Positions 53,201-64,000 of a stretch of 64,000 nucleotides of DNA are shown here, piece after piece. Below the pieces are notes generated by a model that had not been told where the DNA came from, did no database searches, and saw only the letters and a list, made by a program, of their open reading frames with translations. Position numbers and translations under genes: made by a program. The first letter of the stretch is position 1. The number at the start of each line of letters is the position of its first letter. The stretch comes from Styela clava (taxonomy: Eukaryota), in the NCBI RefSeq assembly GCF_964204865.1, contig NC_135257.1, positions 13,330,001 through 13,394,000 on the forward strand, given 5' to 3'.

Positions 53201-55758
53201 TATTATGTACACTTTTAAATAATTGTTGTTGTTTAGTTACATGATGTTTTTTTTTTTTTGGAATGCGTGAGAACGAATTAAAATAATTACCATTGTTTCT
53301 CATGGCAAAAAAAGTTTTGGTACTCCTGCTATTTGGTAGTCTAACACCAATCCTGAGTTATGAACGAATTATGTTCGTCTTCCGAGATCCACTGTATTAT
53401 GGTAGATATTTTTTCTAACCAGTGTTCAGTGACTCAGTTGCAGTTCGTAAAAAGTTTGTCAAAGTCCTTTGAAAATTACTTTATATTTATTATGGTATTT
53501 ATAATTTATATATATATATATATATATTATAAATCTTTGATGCTATTAACAATTTTAAATAGTTACATTTGAAAAATCTTCATTACAGCATGACTTAAAA
53601 ATATATTCTTTTTCGAGTTCTGAAATCTTTAAAATAAAGTAAACCAAAGTCAAATTGCTGAATGTATTTCTATGTATTTTTTATTTAACATGACCTAATT
53701 TAAAATAAGTCGATATTCTCTTTTCGAAGCAGCTATTATTTTGGGCCATCCATCCATGACGTCCATACCAAACAATGTTTCGATGCTGTGTTGTAAACAT
53801 ATTATATACCAGTTTCGTAATGTGCAATAAAATTAGCTGAGTAATGACGGTTTACATTCAAATTGTTGTATTTTTTATTATTTATTATTTATTTTTTCAT
53901 ATATTTAATGACCATCATGGAAATTTTGATTCACCGTTTGTAAGATTGTAAGTTATTTCGTTTCTAGGAATGTAGAGCTCGTAATCATGCAGAAACTCAA
54001 CTCAATGTTGTATCAGCAGAATCAAAGCAATCGCGAGATCTCCTTCATACATATAACTCAAAAGCTCAGAGATTTGATTCTGTCAAGCAAGAAAGAGACC
54101 AGTAAGTCATTTTTTACCAACCCAGTTTTGAAGTTGTTTTTACTGCTATAGCAGGGGTCACCAACACGTTGCCCGCGGGCACCAAGTTGCCCGCGAAGAC
54201 CATATGAGTAGCCCGCAGGTCTGTTCCAAACTAAGCTTAATAACGCCTCTTATAAGTAAGCTACATCAATTAAATTTTGTCCTGCTATTTTAGTATAAAT
54301 CACACTTTTATGGGGACTGGAAATGACACTATATTAATTATTGTAACCATCAACCTTATTTTTGACGGGTCAATTAACACTCTTCCGAATATGACATCAC
54401 ACTGATATCACTTTTCACGAACCCGCGCTTTTTCTTGTCCGTTGGTTTGTGGAGCAGCAATTTTAAAATGGCAGAAAAACGATGAAAAACCCATCATTTT
54501 CACAATGAATGGGAAGTGGTTATATTTTTACCACCTTGAAAACAGCCTGCGTCTGTCTCTTTAGTGGGGCGATTGTAGCGGCGACGAAGCGAAGAGATAT
54601 TTTACATTTTGTCACACAATCTATCGCGCTAACTATCCACTCAGTCACTGGTCAGCGCAGTACAGGCAAAAAAAGTTCGCAATTCAAATCATACAGCAAT
54701 CCTATTTTATGAGACCATTGTCTGGTTCCGCCTATCTTTGTGAATCAACATTTTTGACATGAACTCAGGATAGGAGGAGATTTACATATTTATCCCGTGG
54801 GAGAAGATAGCCGATAAGACAGCTTAACCATATGACGAACCTTGGCCTCTCGTCCAGTTACCATTCCATGTCGGGTATGAGATTAGTTAGTTATTTGTTT
54901 CCGAAAGCATGGACTTGATGGCGAAGGAAGCCGTAACTGACCAGCGGTTACGTGAACCACCCTACGGGGGCGAGGAGTCCAGCAATCCTCTCGTACATAA
55001 CTATCCACGCATGGGTTTCTAACCTGCTAACCTAACGCTTAACACAATGGGCCACAGCGCCGCGACTCACTCCACCGGGAACAAACACAGAACACGCCTC
55101 ACTGATGAAAATCTGCGAGACTCGCTCATAGTCACAGTGTCAAGTTACACGTCGGAGTATAATACTCTGCAACATTTGATAGTACAACTGTTGAGTCCAT
55201 TTTATCTTAAACTTGTGCAGAGTGTTGAAAATCAATTTGAAAACACTCAGTTTTGAAATGCAAGTGTCATTGATAGAAATTTATTTGCTACGTTGTGATA
55301 ATCGTTTGATTTCCTGAAGAATCCTAAAGTTTATTAGTGGGTCTACTTGACTAAATACCAGTAATTATATTAATAATTGGAGCTCATTCGAACAACTGAC
55401 TTTTTTAGAAGTGTACATTGAACTGGTAGCCCGCAGCTTAATCTGTACCGAGAAAGTAGCCCTCGGCCTCGAATAGGTTGGTGACCCCTGTGCTACAGGA
55501 TATTGAGACCTAGTGCTAATGCTCTTTAATTTGTATTGATTTGTGCTGGTGACCAGAAACGTTAAAACCTGCTTGTTGGCAAGTACCAAAATAATTCTTG
55601 TCTGTATTTTTTTTTTGGTAAGGTTGGAAAAAGATTTATTAAATGTACAAAAACAACATTCCTTTCAACAAGCAGAATTAATATCTTCAAGGAAAGAGAT
55701 AGATGAATATAGGAAAGAGATTGACACCAAACAACAAACAGAAAAGTTACTTGAGCAG
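50273..55758 (+). CDS. PIBF1: Progesterone-induced blocking factor 1 / CEP90, 5' part (continues past the window)
   Basis: Exons 50273-50450, 50770-50939, 51120-51220, 51796-51954, 52715-52841, 53968-54101 and 55623-55758 splice in frame. ERKQMVHDLQLLRIELSQKNLVIDNMKADHMSKVEELEERLNDTLHKRQILQARLE matches the PIBF1 N-terminus; no stop reached. Confidence 0.9.
54152..55490 (+). mobile_element. Internally deleted Buster-type hAT transposon in PIBF1 intron
   Basis: TIRs CAGGGGTCACCAAC / GTTGGTGACCCCTG; TSD tgctatag/tgctacag. Relics of the transposase N-terminus (HFHNEWE...TTLKTACVCL) and dimerisation domain (GSAYLCESTF...NKHRTRLTDENLRDSL). Confidence 0.88.
54765..55078 (-). mobile_element. tRNA-derived SINE nested in the hAT element
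   Basis: Minus strand begins gcggcgctgTGGCCCATTGTGttaagcg...GGTTAGAAACCC (A-box- and B-box-like), ~310 bp, ends gggataaatatgtaaatctcctcctatcc; it interrupts the transposase relic. Confidence 0.7.
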
Positions 55759-56814
55759 GTGATTTGTATGTAAATTTGACTTGAATGTCGTGTGTTTTTG
55801 CAGAGTCTTATATTTTCGGCGAGTTTTCCATAATGAAGATAATTTTGGTCAATGGCCCAGCCATGAAGGGGGTTTACGTATGCGAGAGGTGTTATTTAGG
55901 GCGTAAACACCTTGTTGGTGGTTATTCTCCCTAAATCACAAATTTCAGACAAATTTGTGCCCCACAACGATGATAATTTCTTTATTTTTGTACTTGCAAA
56001 GAATTATGAATCCGGTGAGAGTTATTATACATTCATCGGCGGCGAGATGTTATAGCAAATAAAGGAGTGAATCCACGCCGAAAAAAATACCAAAAATAAA
56101 ACCGTAAACAATATAAGTTTTGTTGTGGGAGGCCCGCGACAGATTAAAAAAAACTTTTATAGGTATTATGTTTGGTCGGCGTAGGGAACCATATCGTCAC
56201 TAAAATCAAAACACAGTCAATTGTGAGCGGGATTTACCTTTTTATTCATTAGTCATTACTTCAAATTGCTGTTGAAAATTTTTGTGTTAACATTATACAA
56301 GGCTGGAAACACGACTTTTTCCCGATTTTTGATGATATTCAAGATAATTAATTAAACTGTATTCAATCAATTTTTATTGTACTAAAATAAATTTTACTTC
56401 ATCAGATTTTATAGCAGACTTGAGATTTAGCTGATTTTTCTAACGGTTTTATGATTTTATCTTGAAAATAATCTGAGTAGCAGCATTGCGATAGAGCGGA
56501 GTCAGTGTTGCAAGTACAGATCAGATTTGTTGAATTCGAAAAATGGCAAAAATACTTATTAAAACTAGATATAATCAGGCAGTTTACCATGCATTTTTAT
56601 CTCCCCGGATTGCCGTGGTATTTTAGAGCAGTGATGCTTTTATTTTGTCAACGCAACCGCATGTTAAATTGAAGACAATGAAATTAATACAGCAAGACAT
56701 TTTAAACATGCCCGTATCGGTCCTGGATTGATTACTTTGCACAACAGGAAAATCTTGATTATCCGTCGAAAAAGTCATTCCGCTGGGATTTTGAGGCGAT
56801 TAATATTTATTTTT

Positions 56815-59800
56815 ATGTACTGATATACTTTATATGTATTTACCTGTACTCTACAGGATTTTATTACAGATCTTGAGATTTTTCTAACGACGATAACGAA
56901 TTAGCATGATCTCGAAAATAAGTATCAAAACTATATATAATTAGGCATGTTTATCTCATATTTTTATGTCAACAGATTGACGTGGTATTTTAGAGTAGTA
57001 ATGTTCTTATTTTGAAGCAAAAAGACGCAAACGCGAGTTAAGTTGGCCACAATTATATTGATATAGAAATGAATTTTAGATTCTCGTAGCTGTCATGAAT
57101 TGAATATGTTACGCGACAAAAAAGTCGATATGCGCTGAAATAGTCGGCTATGTTACCGAACGCGTAATTGCGACGACTGTTTCAGAAGGAAATGGGAATT
57201 TCCGATTTTGAAAATTGAGTGAAATAAACCTTATATTTGTCAAGGTTAGCATTATATTTTAAGGCTGCTGAAACTTAGTTATGAAAACTACAGAATTACA
57301 TTTTTTCATGACCCTGAAAACTTCTAGGGTTGGTTGGTGAGTTATCCAAATCTACAGCAATTCATGATATTTTATAATTCTGTTATGAATAGTTTCAACG
57401 TGAAAGTCTATACTCTACAGATATTTTAGCAATAATAGTTAAATCGGAAGTGTGCAATTGACATTCTTACTTATCCATGTCATAGAACAGACTGTCTGTT
57501 CATGTTTTGCATTCTGTAGGCTACATATATTTGTGCACTTGATGATGTTATATTTTTTAAAGGAGGCAATGTGAAAACATATTTTTTTTGTTCATACTGT
57601 CTGGCTATCATGCATTGTTCCTTGGAGGCATAAGAGAGCAATAGATTCACATTTCCAAGAATATGTTTATTCATTTGTGCTTCATCCAATCCTTTTTCTG
57701 TACAAATATGTAGAATTCTATCATATTCTAATTTTTGATGTTTTATCATTGTAGTGCTATTTACACACACTCATACAATTACAAATAGAGGCTTCACTAT
57801 ATATATATATATATATACTCTATCTAATGTACTGTGATATCCACCCCCAAAATATCAAACCACTATATTTTTGTTTAAATCTATTAACAATGAACTAAAT
57901 TTTTATCTTATCTTATCAAATTGTGAAGGATAAAAATGAATTCCTCTAGTTTCAAATTGCAAACAATAGCGTTGAAACATTTGCATCATGTCTTCATTGT
58001 ATAATTTATAACTTGAATATAGCACAACATAATAACAATGAAACTGAAAGAGACATGGCATAAGACCTAATATTATATATATAAAAGTACTCCAGTAGTT
58101 TTCTTACTGTTTTTATTTTTTTCTAGAATATAATAGTTGTACTAAATAGTATACTGCAGTATTATAATTCTTTTTAAATAGATATTTGTTCATCGTTATA
58201 CCTCAGTATTGAATGATCTTGTCACTTCAAACTTTCCATCAACTCTGGATTTTCAACCGTTTTGGAAGGATAAAGTTGTACAATGATTCCTTTCTCAATG
58301 AGTTTGTTCCACATTAAACTAATTTGATGAATAGTTGGATTCAGGGTTGGAAATGCCACCCAGACAACCCATTCATCTGAAAAGATATTGATCCGATATC
58401 ACTACTGATATAAATCGCTCTAGGAATCTACACATATTCAATTGGTTTGTGTCACTTTTTTGAAATTTTGAAAGATTCGTTGTCTTATGTATAGCCTGGA
58501 GAGGAAAAAATAGTTTAGTCCGGTATTGCAGTTTTATAGTTGGTTGCTTTTCCCCCAATTTCCTTATGTGCAATGTGGTGCTACCTCCACTGGTGAGCAG
58601 GCATTCCTTGTGAATGAACGTCCTTGAATGTTTTTAAGTGGGTGATTTTAATTACTTACCGTACTCTTGAGTGAGTTTAATCCCTTATATTGTGAGTTCT
58701 ACCAATGCTACTGAGAGTAAATTGTCATTGAAACTAAATGAAAAGCGGAATAAAATACCTGAAAGACTGCAGAATGCATTGACCAAAAAATTCTTTTCGT
58801 CACATAGAGACAGAATATCACCATTGAATAAGGCATCATCTGAATATTAAAATGTTTTAACTTTTGGATTGTCAAATTTATTTTACCATTGCCAATTTAA
58901 TCTGTAAATTCAATTATACATTACCTATTTTTTTCGCTTTATCATTTGTTCCTCCATCTGGTGTTAGAGTGTGAGAAGCCAAAAAAGCTTGCTCTGTATC
59001 AAATAATTGAATTTTTCATTTCATTTTACCTATATAGGTATATTTAAAAATAATACCTTCGCTCTTTTTCCCATAATAAACGCCGTCTCTTCGTTTGGTC
59101 TTATGACTTGTAAAGGTTTGGGGAGGAGAACTGAAATAAAGTAAAATGTACAATTACATATCTTCTGGTTTTGAATGCAGCTTTGATTTGGGTTAAACAC
59201 TGAATAGTCTGATCTTTCAATTCAAATGTAACTGAATTCACTTGTATACTTTAGTTTGAATATTGCAGTGTCAAATCATTGCTTCGTTTTTTTTTCAACT
59301 TTTTTCAGTTTATTTGAAATAAATTATAAACATACTTTTCATGTAAATCAGTAATCACAATTCGCATTCCTTCATTTGTATTAGAGATATTCTGAAATTT
59401 TGCACCTATAACATCTTTTTTCATGATCTCATCGTTGGTGTGTAGCACCATATACCAGTCATTCTTTACCTGCGCACAATAATAAGAAAGCCGAGTTCAG
59501 TGAAGATGTTGAAATCTCCAGATATATTATTGTGAGATGAATGTATTTGAAGTCCTAATGTTGTTTTAATCAAATTTTTGAAAAAAAGTGTAAGCGGATA
59601 ATGAATGTTTCATACATATTAAAAATTGATTGAAGGTTAAGGCTTTACTATTTACCTAATTATATACATACCTTATCCCAGTCGATATCTTCATTGTTCT
59701 CTGGAATTTTACATTTTTTTGCCTGGTTAATCTCGATGCCTATAGCAAGCATCAAAAGTGAAATCCACAATATGTTCCTCAAGGCCAACATTTCATTTTA

Positions 59801-62800
59801 AAGCTGCTAAATCTTAGTTTTAAAAACCACAAAATTATGTACTTTCCTAACCCTGAAAACTTTTAAAGTTTATTTGTGAGTTATCCAAATTTACAGCAAT
59901 TTGTAAGATTTCAGAATTAGATTATGAATAATTGCATCGAAAAGTCAATAGATACTGTAGCAATAATATTTGAATCAGAAGAGTGCAATTGACATCCTCA
60001 CTTATCCAAGTCATAGAACAGACTGTCTGTTACAAGTCTTGCATTCTGTACATATATTGGTGTTGTGAATACGTTAAAATTCCTGAAGAAGGCAGTGGGA
60101 AACGAGTATCGTATTTTTTGTTTTGTTTATACTGTCTGGCTATGTGGAACCTGCATTGTTCCTTGTAAGAGGAGGCAAAAGAGATCAATAGATTCACATT
60201 TTCAAGAAAATGTTTATTCATTTGTCATTCATCCGATCCTTTTTCTGTACAAATTCATAGGATTCTCTCATATATCCTAATTTTTGATGTTTTATCATTG
60301 TAGTGCTATTTACACACATTTATACATTTACAAATATAAACTTTAATGCATATATTATATATATATATATATGTATACTATATCTAATGTACTGTGATTT
60401 CCACCCCAAAAATATCAAACAACAATTCAGTATCAGTAAGTCTGCTATTTTTGAAAATATTATTCTTCTGTATGCGCAGTACCATAATATTGGGTTTGAA
60501 CTGCATATTCTTTTTCTTTGTCCACTACCTACTTGTATCTTACCCACAAGGAAACTTTAAGGACATGATTGAATGACAGTGGCAACTTTTTTCAACTATC
60601 GGTGACCAAAATATTTGACCTAACGTGTGCCGGTTTTGGACAATATGACAACTTATTGTAGACATGAAATTTGAAAAATACGTAATCTATTGGAATGGCA
60701 GAATAAATATGGCATAATGCATTGTTTTACAAAATACTTTGACATTTTTATAAAAGGCGTTAGTTAATTTGAATAATTCACAAACAATATTAAATCTTAA
60801 GTTCTAACATCGACATCTGGTTTTTGGTTTACATCCATTTATCAGGTCAACTCATAGGGTGCGAAAAATTATGAAATGTAAAAGAAACATGATGCGTTTG
60901 TTAAAAACTGAAGGTTTTTGCAATTAGAAAAGGCCAGTAATTTTCGTGTGCTAACTAGATCATAAAGCTTAAAATGCAAAAAAGATGCAATAACGAGTCT
61001 TCGCAGTGACATATTCATCACTGTCTTCTTGTTCTGAATATGCCGACTCCATTTACGGTGCTTGGTGCCTACTACTTTTATGTGTGCTTTGCAATCAAAC
61101 GCAAGTATAACCTAACAAGAAAGATTCAGACGCAAGAGAAACTGCTTTTCAATGAATATTAAATTAGATATCCAAATTACAAAAATCGCCACATGGTGCG
61201 AAGATGCATAAACTGAATTGCAGTAACAGATCCCCCAGATTCAGTTATTCGAATTGTCCGTTCTTAGTCAAGTCACTGCAATAAGATAAAAAAAAAAGGG
61301 AGTGGAATATTTATGACCATCTCATGTTGGCTGTGCAACATAGCCTTTTACTCAACTATATAGCATTAGCATATTAATATGAGGCAGACAGAAGCAGAAA
61401 GACAAAAAGACTTCGATGAGAGAGGAGGCAGAAAGGGAACAATAGATTCACATTTCCATGAACATGTTAATACATTTAGGGGCTTCATCCATCTTTTTTT
61501 GTACAAACATTTAAATTCTATCATATCTAGTGTTTTGAACATGTGTTTTTGATATACTGATATACTTCATATGTGTTTAATTGTACTTTACAGGATTTTA
61601 TTACAGATCTTGAGATTTTTCAAACACTGATAACGAATTCCCAAGGTCGCAAAAATGAGTATCAAAACTAAATACAATCAGGCATGTTCATCTCATATTT
61701 TTATGTCAATAAATTGACGTGGTATTTTAGAGTAGTAATGTTCTTATTTTGACGCAAAAAACGCAACCACGAGTTATGTTGGGCACAATTATATTGATAT
61801 AGAAATGAATTTTAGATTTTCGTAGCTGTCATGAATTGAATATTTTATTCGACAAAAAAGTCGATATGCGCTAAAATAGTCGACTCTTTTATTAACGAGC
61901 GTGTAATCGCGGCGACTGTTTCAGAAGGGTTAGCAATATATTTTAAGGCTGCTGAATCTTATTTATGAAAACTACAGAATTACATCTTTTTATAACCCTG
62001 GAAACTTTTAGGGTTTGTTGGTAATAACAATTATCTAAATCTACAGCAATTCCCGATATTTTATATTTCTGTTATGAATAGTTTCAACGGAAAGTCTACA
62101 CTCTACAGATATTTTAGCAATAATAGTTAAATCGGAAGTGTGCAATTGACATCCTTATTTATTCAAGTGATAGAACAGACTGTCCGTTCACATTTTGCAT
62201 TCTGTAGGCCTATATATATTTGTGCACTTGTTGATGTTATATTTTCTAAAGAAGGCAATGTGAATACATAATTTTTTTGTTTATACTGTCTGGCTATGTG
62301 GAACATGCATTGTTCCTTGGAAGAGGAGGCAAAATAGATCAATAGATTCACATTTTCAAGAAAATAGTTATTCATTTGTCCTTCATCCAGTCCTTTTACT
62401 GTGCAAATATATAAAATTCTATCATATCCCAATTTTTGATGTTTTATCATTGTAGTGCTATTTACACACACTTTTACAATTACAAATATAGGCTTCACTA
62501 TATATATATACCGGTACTCTATCTAATGTACTGTGATATCCACCCCCAAAATATCAAACAACTATATTTTTGTTTAAATCTATTAACAATGAACTAAATT
62601 TTTATCTTATCTTATCAAATTGTGAAGGATAAAAATGAATTCCTCTAGTTTCAAATTGCAAACAATAGCGTTGAAACATTTGCATCATGTCTTCATTGTA
62701 TAATTTATAACTTGAATATAGCACAACATAATAACAATGAAACTGAAAGAGACATGGCATAAGACCTAATATTATATATATAAAAGTACTCCAGTAGTTT

Positions 62801-64000
62801 TCTTACTGTTTTTATTTTTTTCTAGAATATAATAGTTGTACTAAATAGTATACTGCAGTATTATAATTCTTTTTAAATAGATATTTGTTCATCGTTATAC
62901 CTCAGTATTGAATGATCTTGTCACTTCAAACTTTCCATCAACTCTGGATTTTCAACCGTTTTGGAAGGATAAAGTTGTACAATGATTCCTTTCTCAATGA
63001 GTTTGTTCCACATTAAACTAATTTGATGAATAGTTGGATTCAGGGTTGGAAATGCCACCCAGACAACCCATTCATCTGAAAAGATATTGATCCGATATCA
63101 ATACTGATATAAATCGCTCTAGGAATCTACACATATTCAATTGGTTTGTGTCACTTTTTTGAAATTTTGAAAGATTCGTTGTCTTATGTATAGCCTGGAG
63201 AGGAAAAAATAGTTTAGTCCGGTATTGCAGTTTTATAGTTGGTTGCTTTTCCCCCAATTTCCTTATGTGCAATGTGGTGCTACCTCCACTGGTGAGCAGG
63301 CATTCCTTGTGAATGAACGTCCTTGAATGTTTTTAAGTGGGTGATTTTAATTACTTACCGTACTCTTGAGTGAGTTTAATCCCTTATATTGTGAGTTCTA
63401 CCAATGCTACTGAGAGTAAATTGTCATTGAAACTAAATGAAAAGCGGAATAAAATACCTGAAAGACTGCAGAATGCATTGACCAAAAAATTCTTTTCGTC
63501 ACATAGAGCCAGAATATCACCATTGAATAAGGCATCATCTGAATATTAAAATGTTTTAACTTTTTGATTGTCAATGTATTTTACCATTGCCAATTTAATC
63601 TGTAAATTTAATTATACATTACCTATTTTTTTCGCTTTATCATTTGTTCCTCCATCTGGTGTTAGAGTGTGAGAAGCCAAAGCAGCTGGTTCTGTATCAA
63701 AATATTGAATTTTTTATTTCATTTTACCTATATAGGTATATTTAAAAATAATACCTTCACTCATTTCCCCATAATAAACGCCGTCTCTTCGTTTGGTCGT
63801 ATGACTTGTAAAGGTTTGGGGAGGAGAACTGAAATAAAGTAAAATGTACAATTACATATCTTCTGGTTTTGAATGCAGCTTTGTTTGGGTTGGACACTGA
63901 ATAGTCTGATCTTTCAATTCAAATGTAACTAAATTCACTTGTATACTTTAGTTTAAATATTGCAGTGTTAAATCATTGCTTCGTTTTTTTTTCAACTCTT
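56815..64000. repeat. ~4.7-kb tandem duplication with internal partial repeats, inside PIBF1 intron
   Basis: 56815-59300 recurs at 61553-64000 (ORF 58373-58573 recurs at 63072-63272, offset 4699); a third partial copy of ~57260-57860 lies at ~59790-60420. Confidence 0.92.
58202..59739 (-). pseudogene. Decayed multi-exon gene of unknown family, antisense within PIBF1 intron
   Basis: About seven AG...GT-bounded, more GC-rich blocks with protein-like frames and scattered stops (e.g. 59739-59672, 59130-59057, 58839-58759, 58376-58202); partly duplicated at ~62890-63830. Confidence 0.45.

Overview
AT-rich, intron-rich animal genomic DNA; the compact introns, chordate-like proteins and repeat types suggest an ascidian tunicate (inference). 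Seven genes can be reconstructed from splice sites: ATAD3 (minus, 5' part), intronless IFT46, RPL36 (minus, with a 5'TOP-like first exon), MORF4L1/MRG15, BAX (minus), intronless CCDC138 and PIBF1/CEP90 (5' part, runs off the window). There is an assembly gap at 27022-27875. The 28-47 kb region holds no recognisable host gene. It contains three 3.3-3.8 kb copies of one TIR element, each with its own 7-bp target-site duplication (P/Galileo-like), in alternating orientation, forming two large inverted repeats. Many Buster-type hAT MITEs, 9-bp-TSD MITEs and SINE/LINE remnants are scattered through the window. The last PIBF1 intron contains a ~4.7-kb tandem duplication carrying apparent decayed antisense exons. 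The best candidates for follow-up are the possible CCDC138-PIBF1 co-transcription unit, the three-copy transposon cluster and the nested antisense gene relic. All identities come from recognising motifs by eye; no searches were run.
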